From: Candidatus Methylomirabilis sp.
GTDB lineage: Bacteria; Methylomirabilota; Methylomirabilia; Methylomirabilales; Methylomirabilaceae
Length of the DNA: 25,940 nucleotides
Reading direction: 5' to 3'
Assembly (NCBI GenBank): GCA_041498975.1
Contig: JBGQJI010000024.1
Location: forward strand, 1 to 25,940
Shown here: piece by piece, positions 1-9,208 of the stretch
Layout: each line of letters opens with the position of its first letter
How positions within the stretch are numbered: the stretch's first letter is position 1
Notes under the pieces: model-generated
Database searches by the model: none
What the model was told of the DNA's origin: nothing
What the model saw: only the letters and a program-made list of their open reading frames with translations
Translations under genes and position numbers: made by a program

Positions 1-144
1 AGCAAAAGAATCGAGAGAAACAAGCAGAGCGAGCAGCGCGGCCCCGCAGGCGATGATCGCAACGGAACTTCGCCGCATCCGGCGGCCAGTCAGGCCGACG
101 ACGAGGCTCCCCAGCAGCGGGATAACCGGGATCAGCCAGATCAT
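1..144 (-). CDS. nuoL: NADH-quinone oxidoreductase subunit L, copy 2 (N-terminal part, runs off window edge)
   Basis: Not in the ORF track. Manual translation from ATG at 144: MIWLIPVIPLLGSLVVGLTGRRMRRSSVAIIACGAALLALLVSLDSFA..., resembling the N-terminus of NuoL copy 1 (LVPLLPLLGVLINGLFG); follows nuoK. Confidence 0.85.
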   Translation of the reverse strand, partial: MIWLIPVIPLLGSLVVGLTGRRMRRSSVAIIACGAALLALLVSLDSFA

Positions 145-150
145 AACTCA

Positions 151-245
151 GAGTTCCGGGTTTCGGGTTTCGGGTTTCGGCTTTCTCGACGGTAGAAACA
201 ATCCTCCCCTTGGAACTCGGAACTCGAAACTCGAAACTCGAAACT
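151..245. repeat. Inverted heptamer tandem array in the nuoK2-nuoL2 spacer
   Basis: 151-180 GAGTTCC-GGGTTTC x3-GG; 212-245 GGAACTC x2-GAAACTC x2-GAAACT; arms complementary allowing G.T pairs. Confidence 0.9.
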
Positions 246-555
246 ACCCTCGAAGGAGATTGATCTCGTCCACATCGACGGACTCCTTGTTCCTGTAGAG
301 CGCAATGATGATGGCCAGGCCGAGCGCCACCTCGGCTGCGGCCACCGCCATCACGAAGAAGACGATGATCTGCCCATCCATCGAGGCAAGAAACCTCGAA
401 AACGCAACAAAGCTCAGGTTCACCGCGTTCAGCATCAGTTCGATCGCCATGAAGATGATCAGGGCATTGCGCCGGATCAGCACCCCGATCACCCCAATGG
501 CGAAGAGCGCAGCGCTCAGGATCAGATACGCATTCAGCGGGACAGTCCCTGTCAT
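244..555 (-). CDS. nuoK: NADH-quinone oxidoreductase subunit K, copy 2
   Basis: [20 protein letters not shown]...[23 protein letters not shown] motifs; start moved to ATG 555 because the ORF-track extension is translated repeat. Confidence 0.96.
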   Translation of the reverse strand: MTGTVPLNAYLILSAALFAIGVIGVLIRRNALIIFMAIELMLNAVNLSFVAFSRFLASMDGQIIVFFVMAVAAAEVALGLAIIIALYRNKESVDVDEINLLRG

Positions 556-556
556 C

Positions 557-612
557 GCACCCCGCCCCCCGCACTTCGCGCTTCGCACCTGGCGCTTCGC
601 ACCTCGCACCCC
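557..612. repeat. Eight-unit heptamer tandem array in the nuoJ2-nuoK2 spacer
   Basis: GCACCCC GCCCCCC GCACTTC GCGCTTC GCACCTG GCGCTTC GCACCTC GCACCCC. Confidence 0.85.
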
Positions 613-618
613 ACAGGG

Positions 619-1125
619 CTACCTCTTGGCCAGCACCATCGCGCCGACGATCGCGATGAGCAGGATGAACGAGGTGATCTCGAACGGGATGAGGAAATCG
701 GTGAACAGAAGACGGCCGACAAGCTGGGTATTGCCCACGGCGTTGACGAGGTCAGATGTGTAGGACCCCCGGATGCCGTGGGAGACCCAGGACCCGATGG
801 CGACGGCCAGCTCGAGAAGCAGGAGGGTTACCAGGCCGATGCCCAGCACCAGCCTGGGTGTATCCTGTCGGAGCCAGGGCGGTGGCTCGTGGCCCACGTC
901 GAGCAACATGATCACGAACAGGAACAAGACCATGATCGCTCCGGCGTAGACGATTACCTGTACCACGGCGATGAACTGCGCCTGCAGGAGAAGATAGAGC
1001 CCCGATAGCGCGAAGAACGTCCCAACGAGAGAAAGGGCGCAGTAGATCGGGTTCCGCAGAACGATGACCGATACGGCGGTGGCGAGGGCCACGGCAGCCA
1101 GCGGGCCGAATACCAACCATTCCAT
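619..1125 (-). CDS. nuoJ: NADH-quinone oxidoreductase subunit J, copy 2
   Basis: NPIYCALSL, QVIVYAGAIMVLFLFVIMLL, PFEITSFILLIAIVGA motifs; ATG 1125 lies 2 nt after the nuoH stop. Confidence 0.96.
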   Translation of the reverse strand: MEWLVFGPLAAVALATAVSVIVLRNPIYCALSLVGTFFALSGLYLLLQAQFIAVVQVIVYAGAIMVLFLFVIMLLDVGHEPPPWLRQDTPRLVLGIGLVTLLLLELAVAIGSWVSHGIRGSYTSDLVNAVGNTQLVGRLLFTDFLIPFEITSFILLIAIVGAMVLAKR

Positions 1126-1127
1126 AC

Positions 1128-2117
1128 CTACCTCAGCGCAACAAAGGCAGCCGTGATCATGATGTTGGCGAGCGCCACAGGCAGCAGAAACTTCCATCCG
1201 AATCGCATCAGTTGGTCGTACCTGAAGCGCGGAAGGGTGGCCCTGAGCCAGATGAAGAGGAAGATGAACAGGAAGAGCTTACCCAGAAACCAGACAACCG
1301 GCGGCAGGAACGGCCCCCTCCAGCCGCCCAGAAACAGGGTCGTGGCCATGGCGGATACGGTAATCATGTTGGCATACTCGGCCATGAAGTACATGGCGAA
1401 CTTTATGGAGCTATACTCGACATGGAAACCGGCCACCAGTTCCGTCTCGGCTTCGGGCAGATCGAAGGGGGCGCGGTTAGTCTCAGCGACGGCGCAGATC
1501 AGGAAGATGAGGAAGCCGATCGGCTGAAGCACGATGAACCAGGCTTGTGACTGGGCATTGACGATCTCCACCAGACTCAGCGACCGGGAGAGCATCAGGA
1601 CTCCCACGACCGAGAGGCCTAACGACAGCTCATAGCTGATCATCTGGGCCGCGGAGCGCAGCCCCCCGAGCAACGCATACTTGTTGTTCGAGGCCCAGCC
1701 TCCCAGGACGATCCCGTAGATCCCCAGGGAGGCGACACCGAACACGAACAAGAGCCCGATGTTCACGTCGGTGATGACAAGATCGATGCTCCGGCCGAAG
1801 AGTCGAACCCGGTCCCCGAAAGGGATCACGGCGAAAGAAATGAAGGAGGCGATGAGCGCGAGCGTTGGGGCAAGGAAGTAGAGCACGCGGTCGGCGGCCT
1901 GGGGGACGATGTCCTCCTTGAACATCAGCTTGAGCACGTCGGCGAACGGCTGCAACAGGCCGTGGGGGCCGACCCGCATCGGCCCCAGCCGAACCTGGAT
2001 GTGGCCAAGGACCTTCCGCTCCAACCAGGTCAGATACGCCACGCTCAGCACCATCAGCCCGAAGACCACAATGATCTTCGCCACCATGATGACGAAGAAG
2101 GCGGGTTCCGGCATCAT
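1128..2117 (-). CDS. nuoH: NADH-quinone oxidoreductase subunit H, copy 2
   Basis: [60 protein letters not shown] (start 2117 or 2114). Confidence 0.97.
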   Translation of the reverse strand: MMPEPAFFVIMVAKIIVVFGLMVLSVAYLTWLERKVLGHIQVRLGPMRVGPHGLLQPFADVLKLMFKEDIVPQAADRVLYFLAPTLALIASFISFAVIPFGDRVRLFGRSIDLVITDVNIGLLFVFGVASLGIYGIVLGGWASNNKYALLGGLRSAAQMISYELSLGLSVVGVLMLSRSLSLVEIVNAQSQAWFIVLQPIGFLIFLICAVAETNRAPFDLPEAETELVAGFHVEYSSIKFAMYFMAEYANMITVSAMATTLFLGGWRGPFLPPVVWFLGKLFLFIFLFIWLRATLPRFRYDQLMRFGWKFLLPVALANIMITAAFVALR

Positions 2118-2134
2118 GTCCCCCTGCTGCCGGC

Positions 2135-3418
2135 CTACGACCCGTCCCTGGATCCGAAGGGGCAGGCATGCTCCACGACGTGTCGCTCGAATTCATCGCC
2201 AAAATATTTCATATAGCTTTGAATCGGCATGGCCGCGGCGTCGCTCAGAGGGCAGATGGTCTTTCCCTGCATGTTGTCGCAGATGTCCAGGAGGAGATCG
2301 AGATCAGCCTTCCTGCCGCGGCCCTCCTCTATCCGCCGAAGCGTCTTGTGGAGCCAGGCGGTCCCTTCCCGGCACTGCGTGCACTGGCCGCACGATTCAT
2401 GATGATAGAACCTGGCGACGACCTCTCCGGTCCGGACCATGCAAGTGGTGTCATCCATCACGATGACACCGCCCGACCCGGCCATCGAACCTGCCTTGGC
2501 CAGGGACTCGAAGTCCATCCGAATATCCAGATGTTGCTCGATGAGAACTGGCACCGAGGAGCCTCCGGGGATCACTGCCTTCAGGCGGCGGCCCCCCCGC
2601 ACCCCGCCCGCATGCTCGAAGATCAACTCCCTCATGGGAACATCGATCGGGAGCTCGTAGTTTCCAGGACGACGGACGTGGCCGCTCACCGAAAAGATCC
2701 GGGTGCCTGTGCTCTTGGGGGTGCCGATGCTGGAGAACCATTCGGCTCCCCGCATCACGATGTGAGGAAGGTTGCTGAGGGTTTCCACGTTGTTCACGAC
2801 GGTGGGCATTCGGTAGAGTCCCGCCGTAGCCGGAAATGGGGGCTTGAGCCGCGGCAAGCCTCGCTTCCCCTCCAGTGACTCCAGCAGCGCGGTTTCCTCT
2901 CCACAGATGTAGGCGCCGGCCCCCCTGTGCGGTTGGATCTCCAACCCAAAACCGCTCCCCAGGATGTCCCTCCCCAAGAAGCCGTGCGCGGCGGCATCAC
3001 TGATCGCCCGCTCGAGGATGCGCGCCCCTGCGATGAACTCGCCTCTGATGTAGATGTAGGCGGTCCTGCAACCGATCGCATAGCTGGCCAGCAGCATCCC
3101 CTCCAAGAGCTGGTGAGGATCCCGCATGATGAGATCCCGATCCTTGAAGGTCCCCGGCTCGCTCTCGTCGGCATTGCAGACCAGATACTTCGTCAGGCCC
3201 GGGTCCTTGGGAACGAAGCCCCACTTCACCCCGGTCGGAAAGCCTGCGCCGCCACGGCCCCTCAATCCCGATCGCCTCACCAACTCGATCAAGCTGGCCG
3301 GGGTATGCTCTTTGAGCGCTTTGGCAATGGCCTGATACCCTCCGGTTGCCACGTAATCCTCGAGGGTCCCACCATACCCTGGAATCTCGAACCGTTTCGT
3401 GAGGATCTTCTCACTCAT
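2135..3418 (-). CDS. nuoF: NADH-quinone oxidoreductase subunit F (FMN, NADH-binding, 4Fe-4S N3)
   Basis: [57 protein letters not shown]...TICPL; ATG 3418 preferred to TTG 3430. Confidence 0.97.
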   Translation of the reverse strand: MSEKILTKRFEIPGYGGTLEDYVATGGYQAIAKALKEHTPASLIELVRRSGLRGRGGAGFPTGVKWGFVPKDPGLTKYLVCNADESEPGTFKDRDLIMRDPHQLLEGMLLASYAIGCRTAYIYIRGEFIAGARILERAISDAAAHGFLGRDILGSGFGLEIQPHRGAGAYICGEETALLESLEGKRGLPRLKPPFPATAGLYRMPTVVNNVETLSNLPHIVMRGAEWFSSIGTPKSTGTRIFSVSGHVRRPGNYELPIDVPMRELIFEHAGGVRGGRRLKAVIPGGSSVPVLIEQHLDIRMDFESLAKAGSMAGSGGVIVMDDTTCMVRTGEVVARFYHHESCGQCTQCREGTAWLHKTLRRIEEGRGRKADLDLLLDICDNMQGKTICPLSDAAAMPIQSYMKYFGDEFERHVVEHACPFGSRDGS

Positions 3419-3438
3419 CGTTTTGCTCAATCACAGAA

Positions 3439-3493
3439 GCGCTCAGCGTTCAGCCCTCAGCTTTCAGCAAAAGCGCTGATCGCTGATAGCTCA
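3439..3493. repeat. Inverted heptamer tandem array in the nuoE-nuoF spacer
   Basis: GCGCTCA GCGTTCA GCCCTCA GCTTTCA ... GCTGATC GCTGATA GCTCA. Confidence 0.8.
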
Positions 3494-3949
3494 TTGCTTC
3501 CGCAGCCGGTCAACCAGCGCCGCGACATCCCGTGGGGAAACAGGGCCGTGATAATCGGCGCCCACTTGGATCGCCGGCGCGAGATCGCAGACGGCAAGGC
3601 ATTCGACCCGCTTCAGCGTGAACACTCCATCCCGGGTCGTTTCTCCCGCGGCGACGCCGAGTTCCTCTTCGAGGCGGCGGACCACATGCTCGGCCCCCAT
3701 GAGCGAACAACTCACGTTGTGGCAAACCCAGATCTCCCGCCGCCCCCCGGGTTTCAGGCGAAACAGGTCGTAGAAGGTGGCGACTTCCACCACCTGGACT
3801 GGTGAGAGGCCGAGACGTCTGGCCAACTGGGCCAGAACCTCTTCAGTCAAATACCCTGCCTCCTGCTGGCCGAGGTGCAGCAGGGGAAGGAGGGCGGACC
3901 GCCGATGAGGATAGCGGGACAGAATTTGCTGAATGTCCTCTTCGGTCAT
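3491..3949 (-). CDS. nuoE: NADH-quinone oxidoreductase subunit E (2Fe-2S N1a)
   Basis: RSALLPLLH, EVATFYDLF, CHNVSC...ECLAVCDLAP (four Cys ligands); ATG 3949 with GGGGG upstream. Confidence 0.96.
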   Translation of the reverse strand: MTEEDIQQILSRYPHRRSALLPLLHLGQQEAGYLTEEVLAQLARRLGLSPVQVVEVATFYDLFRLKPGGRREIWVCHNVSCSLMGAEHVVRRLEEELGVAAGETTRDGVFTLKRVECLAVCDLAPAIQVGADYHGPVSPRDVAALVDRLRKQ

Positions 3950-4002
3950 TAATACGCCCCCATGCGCCTCCAACTAACTCCCTCTTGAGTTGGCGTGCAC
4001 CA

Positions 4003-4130
4003 TGCCGGCCCAAGGAACGAGCCTGGCAAGGCGCTGGCCCCGGGACCGACCGAGGCGTACATTCTCAGGTACGTCGCAGGGAGCGGGCCGGGGTTAGCAA
4101 CGCTGCGAGGCGAAGTTAATTGGGCCGGCA
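4003..4130. mobile_element. 128-bp MITE/REP-like imperfect palindrome
   Basis: Perfect 11-bp terminal inverted repeat TGCCGGCCCAA (4003-4013)/TTGGGCCGGCA (4120-4130); inner stems GCTGGCCCCGG/CCGGGGTTAGC and GGCGTAC/GTACGTC. Mobility is inferred. Confidence 0.6.
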
Positions 4131-5303
4131 CTAGCGATCCACTTCGCCCAGGACGATATCGATGCTGCCGATGATCGCTACCAGATCGGCAACCAATCGC
4201 CCCTCCACCATCCTGGCCAGCGATTGGAGGTTCACGAAAGAGGGCGTACGGAAGTGAACCCGGTAAGGCTTGTTGCTCCCGTCGCTGACCAGGTATACGC
4301 CGAACTCGCCCTTTGGCGATTCGATGCTCTGGTACACCTCTCCGGCGGGCACCCGGAACCCTTCCGACCAGAGGAGGAAGTGGTGGATCAGCGCCTCCAT
4401 GCTCTTCTTGACCATCGGCTTGGGCGGTGGCGTCAATTTTGGATCCTGGATGACGATCGGTCCGTCCGGGAGGCGCTCCAGGGACTGGCGGACGATCGCG
4501 ACGCTCTGCCGCATCTCAAAGATGCGGCAGAGGTATCGGTCATAGACATCGCCGTGAGTCCCCCTGGAGATCTCGAACGCATACTGCTCATAGCCCGAAT
4601 AGGGATTGGATTTTCTGATGTCCCATGGGACTCCGCAGGCGCGGAGGCCGGGACCGCTCAAGCCGAGGTCCACAGCGTCCTCCGGCTTGATGACGCCGAT
4701 CCCCTTGGTCCGCTGGATCCAGATCGGATTGTCGGTGAGCAGGTCCTCATACTCGGCCAAGCGGTCGGGAAAGCTGGTTACAAAGGCGCGGGCTGTCTTC
4801 TCGAACCCTTCCGGCAGGTCAGCGAACAACCCTCCCACCCGGAAGTAACTGGACATCATCCGGGCCCCGGCCACCTGCTCGTACATGTCCAGGATCTGCT
4901 CACGCTCCCGGAAGGCGTAGAGGAAGACGCTCATGGCTCCGATGTCGATCGCATGGGTCCCCAGCCAGACCAGATGACTCCCGATCCGGGTCAACTCTGT
5001 CAGCATCACACGGATCGCCTTGGCCCGTGATGGGACCTCGATTCCCAGCAGCTTCTCGACGGCCAATACATACGCCAGATTATTGCTGAGGGGGGCCAGA
5101 TAATCCATCCGGTCCGTGATAGGAATAACCTGCTGGTACCGCTTGCTCTCCGCGATTTTCTCCATTCCGGTGTGCAGGTAGCCGATGTGCGGGGTGCATT
5201 TGACTACGATCTCCCCATCCAGCTCAAGGACCAATCGCAGCACGCCGTGGGTGCTAGGGTGTTGCGGCCCCATGTTGATGGTCATGGTGCGCGCTTCAGT
5301 CAC
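4131..5303 (-). CDS. nuoD: NADH-quinone oxidoreductase subunit D, copy 2 (long type)
   Basis: [51 protein letters not shown] 5303 overlaps the nuoC stop (GTGA), GGAGGAGG upstream. Confidence 0.97.
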   Translation of the reverse strand: MTEARTMTINMGPQHPSTHGVLRLVLELDGEIVVKCTPHIGYLHTGMEKIAESKRYQQVIPITDRMDYLAPLSNNLAYVLAVEKLLGIEVPSRAKAIRVMLTELTRIGSHLVWLGTHAIDIGAMSVFLYAFREREQILDMYEQVAGARMMSSYFRVGGLFADLPEGFEKTARAFVTSFPDRLAEYEDLLTDNPIWIQRTKGIGVIKPEDAVDLGLSGPGLRACGVPWDIRKSNPYSGYEQYAFEISRGTHGDVYDRYLCRIFEMRQSVAIVRQSLERLPDGPIVIQDPKLTPPPKPMVKKSMEALIHHFLLWSEGFRVPAGEVYQSIESPKGEFGVYLVSDGSNKPYRVHFRTPSFVNLQSLARMVEGRLVADLVAIIGSIDIVLGEVDR

Positions 5304-5809
5304 CCGCCGCCCCCCTCCTCCCACCATTTTGGGGAGGCCTGGACCGGATAGTCTTTCCGGAGCGGATGCCCTTCCCATTCCTCCGGCATCAGGATCCTCC
5401 GGAGATCCGGGTGGCCTTCAAAGCTGATCCCGAACATGTCGAACACTTCGCGCTCGTGCCAATTGGCTGTGCTCCAGACGGGCGTGACGCTCGGGACCAC
5501 CTCGCCCTCCTCAAGCTGGACCTTCAACCGGATCCGCCGCTTGAACTGCAGCGAATAGAGGTGATAGACCACCTCGAAACGTGGATGTTCCGTGAGCCGA
5601 TCAATCGCGGTCAGATCGGAGAGAAAATCGTACCGGAGGTCGGGGTCCTCTTTCAGATGCCGGCAGGCGCGAACGATGTCACCCAATTTGACGAGGATGG
5701 TGGACTCGTTGCGGACACTCCTGGTCGAAAGGACCGCACCCGGGAACCTTTCGCGCAGCCTCCGAACAGTGAGGTTCTCCTCGGCTTCCTCTGCGTTCAC
5801 GTCGTCCAT
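5300..5809 (-). CDS. nuoC: NADH-quinone oxidoreductase subunit C, copy 2
   Basis: [47 protein letters not shown] 5809 overlaps the nuoA 3' end. Confidence 0.96.
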   Translation of the reverse strand: MDDVNAEEAEENLTVRRLRERFPGAVLSTRSVRNESTILVKLGDIVRACRHLKEDPDLRYDFLSDLTAIDRLTEHPRFEVVYHLYSLQFKRRIRLKVQLEEGEVVPSVTPVWSTANWHEREVFDMFGISFEGHPDLRRILMPEEWEGHPLRKDYPVQASPKWWEEGGGG

Positions 5810-6156
5810 TCCAGCCCCCCCTTCTTCCATACGTACAGGAGGCCGACGAGGAGGATGCCGAGGAAGAAGACCATCTCAACCAACCCGAAGAGTTTCAGGT
5901 CATGCAGGACAACCGCCCAGGGGTATAGAAACACGATCTCGATGTCGAAGATGATGAACAGCATCGCGACCAGGTAAAATTTGACCGAGAACCGCTCCCT
6001 GGCAGTGCCGATCGGATCGATCCCGCACTCGTACGTGGACAGCTTTTCCTTGGAAGGCCGCCGAGGCCCAAGCACCGATGATAAGAAGAGGAGAGCCAGG
6101 GCGAAGCCTGCTGCCACGATCACCAGGATGAAGATCGGCAGGTACGAGAGGAGCAC
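5797..6156 (-). CDS. nuoA: NADH-quinone oxidoreductase subunit A, copy 2
   Basis: C-terminal 119 aa of the 486-aa [41 protein letters not shown] 6156 preceded by GAAGGA. Confidence 0.95.
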   Translation of the reverse strand: MLLSYLPIFILVIVAAGFALALLFLSSVLGPRRPSKEKLSTYECGIDPIGTARERFSVKFYLVAMLFIIFDIEIVFLYPWAVVLHDLKLFGLVEMVFFLGILLVGLLYVWKKGGLEWTT

Positions 6157-6206
6157 TGCTTCCTTCGTCTGAGCGGTCGGCCGCCGCGCCGAACTTTCGA
6201 CGTCCC

Positions 6207-6572
6207 CTACGGCCCGGGGACCACGTACTTGATGAAGGGATTCGCGAAGAAGATAATCAGGGCTATCAGGAGCACATAAATGGCCAATGATTCGATCAGG
6301 GCCAGCCCGATGATCATGGCCACCTGGATCCGGCCCGCCGCAGAGGGCTGCCGCCCGATCGCGTCCAGCGCGCTCACGATGGCCCGGCTCTGGCCGATCG
6401 CCGCAGCCGCCGATGCGATGGCCATGGCAAATCCCCCCGTCAGGACCGACACGACGAAGAAGGTCGAAGAGTCGGACTTCGCCCCTTCGGCGGCCAGCGC
6501 GGCCGTGGCTCCAAGCGCAAGGACAGCAATCATCAATAATAGCAACACGCGAACTCTTTGTATCCGGCTCAT
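6207..6572 (-). CDS. atpE: ATP synthase Fo subunit c with N-terminal signal-peptide-like extension
   Basis: IGQ...RQP loop...[14 protein letters not shown] 6572 with AAAGGAG RBS. Confidence 0.95.
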   Translation of the reverse strand: MSRIQRVRVLLLLMIAVLALGATAALAAEGAKSDSSTFFVVSVLTGGFAMAIASAAAAIGQSRAIVSALDAIGRQPSAAGRIQVAMIIGLALIESLAIYVLLIALIIFFANPFIKYVVPGP

Positions 6573-6602
6573 CGACGCCACTCCTTTCGGCAAGGGACGG
6601 GG

Positions 6603-7322
6603 TTAGTGATGCTCCTCGTGTTCGACTTGAACCGCTCCCGCGATATACACCATGGAGAGCATCACAAAGATAAAGGTCTGGACAACGCTCGTAAAGAGAC
6701 TCAGGGGCATCATGACCGCCAGGTAAATGCCGTATGGAATCACTAACCAGATCAGCGAAAGGAGGATGGCAATGACGCTTTCCTCGCCGAAAATATTGCC
6801 AAACAGTCGAATCGACAGGGAGATCGGCCGAGCCAAGTGGCCGATCAACTCGATCGGAAACATGATGGGGGCCAGCCACAGGATCGGCCCGCAGAAATGG
6901 CGCAGGTAGGCGACGATCCCGTGCTCCCGGATGCCAAAGTAATTGTAGGAGAGGAAGACGGTGATGGCCAATGCCGCCGTGGTGTTGAGGTTGGCCGTCG
7001 GCGGCTTGAGCCCGGGGATGCTTCCCAGGAGATTGCCAACCAGGATGAAGAGGCCGGCCGTGCCGATCAAGGGGAGGTATCGTTTTCCTTTGGGCCCGAT
7101 CATTTGCTCCAACAGGTTTCCGAACGCCTCGACAACTACCTCCATGAGGTTCTGCATCGGTCCCGGCACTGCCTCGAGTCTCCTCGTGGCCAGATATGAC
7201 AGGCTGACCAGGATCGCCATCGCAAGCCAAGCCATCGCCACATGCTCCGGCACCCATGGCCCGGGGATGCCGAGCGGCCCCAGAAAATTAGGAATCTGAA
7301 CAATCGTCGGATGATGTTCCAT
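6603..7322 (-). CDS. atpB: ATP synthase Fo subunit a
   Basis: [33 protein letters not shown] (essential Arg), [16 protein letters not shown] 7322 with GAGGTG upstream. Confidence 0.97.
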   Translation of the reverse strand: MEHHPTIVQIPNFLGPLGIPGPWVPEHVAMAWLAMAILVSLSYLATRRLEAVPGPMQNLMEVVVEAFGNLLEQMIGPKGKRYLPLIGTAGLFILVGNLLGSIPGLKPPTANLNTTAALAITVFLSYNYFGIREHGIVAYLRHFCGPILWLAPIMFPIELIGHLARPISLSIRLFGNIFGEESVIAILLSLIWLVIPYGIYLAVMMPLSLFTSVVQTFIFVMLSMVYIAGAVQVEHEEHH

Positions 7323-7370
7323 AACGCTCCCCACCTCTGATGCCCGAGATCACGCACCCCTCCGAATCCA

Positions 7371-7586
7371 TCATCGTCCCCAACGGTTCAGGTCTTTCAG
7401 GAGGTTGAAAAAGCCGGCTGCAACCCCGAAAAGGAAGAATAGGATGGTGAACCACGGGGACGTCTCGAGCCACCGGTCGAGGCCGATGCCGATCGCAGCC
7501 CCTATGGCTATCGAAGCAGCAAAGGTAATCCCCAGCGAACTCAATCCCGCGAGTTGACGCCACAGTGAAGCCTGATCGTCCTTCAT
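7371..7586 (-). CDS. AtpZ/AtpI-family (ATPase gene 1-type) small membrane protein
   Basis: Two hydrophobic helices with GxxLDRWLxTxPW and LFGVAAGF, directly upstream of atpB. Confidence 0.85.
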   Translation of the reverse strand: MKDDQASLWRQLAGLSSLGITFAASIAIGAAIGIGLDRWLETSPWFTILFFLFGVAAGFFNLLKDLNRWGR

Positions 7587-7633
7587 CGCCACGTCGGTGA
7601 ATCCAGCCCTCTAAGACCCCTCTCCCGAGCCTC

Positions 7634-7662
7634 ACTCTAGCCTTCCCCCTGCACTGTGTCAA
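7634..7662 (-). promoter_or_regulatory. Internal sigma70-type promoter for atpZ-atpB-atpE-nuo module 2
   Basis: Minus strand TTGACA (7662-7657), 17 nt, TAGAGT (7639-7634), about 48 nt upstream of the atpZ ATG. Confidence 0.75.
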
Positions 7663-7676
7663 GTCTCACCAAGTAA

Positions 7677-7747
7677 GCTCCGGGTCCCAAGTTCCGGGTG
7701 CCATGTTCAACGAAAATCCGGAACCCAGAACGTGGAACTTGGAACTT
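7677..7747. repeat. Inverted heptamer tandem array directly after the nuoN stop
   Basis: GCTCCGG GTCCCAA GTTCCGG GTGCCAT GTTCAAC ... GGAACCC AGAACGT GGAACTT GGAACTT. Confidence 0.8.
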
Positions 7748-7750
7748 TAT

Positions 7751-9208
7751 CTACCAGAGCCCGGCGACCGAGGCCCGGGCAAGGTCCAGAAAAGGACCAG
7801 GGTAGACCCCGATGACGAGGGTGCCCGCCGCCGCTACAAAGAGCGCCACCCGCAGGGGCCGGGACGAGCTCAGGGCCAAGCCAGTCGGCGGAAGGTCCCG
7901 CATGTACATCGCCATCACCACCTTCATGTAATAGAAGAGCGAGATGGTAGAATTGACGACGGCGATCACCGCGAGCCAGACGTAGCCACGCTCGATGGCT
8001 GCGCCGAAGAGGTAGAGCTTGCCCACAAAGCCGGCAGTGGGCGGCACACCGGCCAGCGAGAGAAGGAAGATCAACATGGCTGCGGCTGCCATGGGGCTCC
8101 GCTGAGCCAGGCCGGTGAAGTCGTCGATCCGCTCCCCCTTCACCTCTCCCACACAGAGGAGGATCACCATGGCAAACGCGCCAAGCGTCATCAAGGCGTA
8201 CGCCAGCGTGTACAGAAGCGTGGCCGAGATCCCCAGCGGCCGTCCCGCCACCAACCCGATCAGGAGGTACCCGATGTGGGCGATGGAGCTGTAGGCCAGC
8301 ATCCGCTTGATATTGCTCTGCGCGATCGCCACGACATTTCCCACCGTCATCGTGAGTAAAGAAAGGACATAGAAGAGGAGGACCCAGCGATCCTGTAGTC
8401 CCGGGATTGCGACCAGAAAGACCCGCAGGAGGATCGCAAGGCCGGCGATCTCTGAAGCGGCCGCGAGGAGGGCCGTCACCGGGGTGGGGGCCCCCTCGTA
8501 TACGTCGGGGATGTACATGTGAAACGGGACGGCAGCGATCTTGAAGCCGAAGCCTGCCGCCAGCATCACCATGGCCAAAATGAGCGCCGGGTTCGAGAGC
8601 TGGCCCCCTCCCCTTGTCAGGCCGGAGGCGATCTCCTTGAGGCCAGTGGCCCCGGTGAGGCCGTACAACATGACAATCCCGTAGAGAATGATGGCTGACG
8701 AGAAGCCCCCCATGAGCAGGTACTTGAGGGCCGCCTCGTTGCTCCGCCGCTCCCGCTTCAAAAACCCGGCGAGGACGTAGATGGAGATCGACATGGTCTC
8801 CAGCCCGATATAGAGGATCAGCAGGTCTACCGCGCTGGCCATCAGCATCATCCCCAGCGTGGCGAAGAGGATCAGGCCGTAAAACTCCCCCTTGTCAACC
8901 CCTTCTTCCTTCAGGTAGCCGATCGACATGAGGAGGATCAGAGCGGCCGAGATCAGGAACACGATCTTGAAGAAGAGGGCGAAGGGATCACTGAGATACT
9001 GCCCGCTGAAGGCAGACTGGGGGGCTCCCCACCTCCTGATCAGGACTATCAGGGTAAGGAGGACGCCAAGGATGCTCAGGTATCCCAGCCAGTCCCGTTT
9101 GCCTCTCGGGGCGATGAAATCGAGCATGAGGATCAGCATGGCGACCAGGCTCAAGATCACTTCTGGCGCAGCCGTGGAGAGGTCTGCCATATTGAACGCC
9201 TGGGTCAT
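7751..9208 (-). CDS. nuoN: NADH-quinone oxidoreductase subunit N
   Basis: GLETMSISIYVL, SNEAALKY, GFKIAAVPFHMYIPDVYEGAPTPV, KRMLAYSSIAH, SLAGVPPTAGFVGK; ATGA overlap with nuoM. Confidence 0.97.
   Translation of the reverse strand: MTQAFNMADLSTAAPEVILSLVAMLILMLDFIAPRGKRDWLGYLSILGVLLTLIVLIRRWGAPQSAFSGQYLSDPFALFFKIVFLISAALILLMSIGYLKEEGVDKGEFYGLILFATLGMMLMASAVDLLILYIGLETMSISIYVLAGFLKRERRSNEAALKYLLMGGFSSAIILYGIVMLYGLTGATGLKEIASGLTRGGGQLSNPALILAMVMLAAGFGFKIAAVPFHMYIPDVYEGAPTPVTALLAAASEIAGLAILLRVFLVAIPGLQDRWVLLFYVLSLLTMTVGNVVAIAQSNIKRMLAYSSIAHIGYLLIGLVAGRPLGISATLLYTLAYALMTLGAFAMVILLCVGEVKGERIDDFTGLAQRSPMAAAAMLIFLLSLAGVPPTAGFVGKLYLFGAAIERGYVWLAVIAVVNSTISLFYYMKVVMAMYMRDLPPTGLALSSSRPLRVALFVAAAGTLVIGVYPGPFLDLARASVAGLW

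Noticed and set aside
151..245. Repeat arrays as a CRISPR array
   Set aside because: Units are 7 nt, directly tandem, without unique spacers; no cas genes in the window.
3950..4130. Possible hidden or pseudogenised nuoB/nuoI/nuoG, or the 60-aa ORF 3949-4131, in larger spacers (also 14953-15045, 16180-16271)
   Set aside because: Spacers are under 200 nt, show no Fe-S Cys motifs, and this one is explained by the palindromic element.
5797..7257. 486-aa ORF suggesting a giant NuoA fusion
   Set aside because: Only the last 119 aa are NuoA, with their own RBS and GTG at 6156; the rest is an alternative frame over atpB/atpE with non-protein-like composition.
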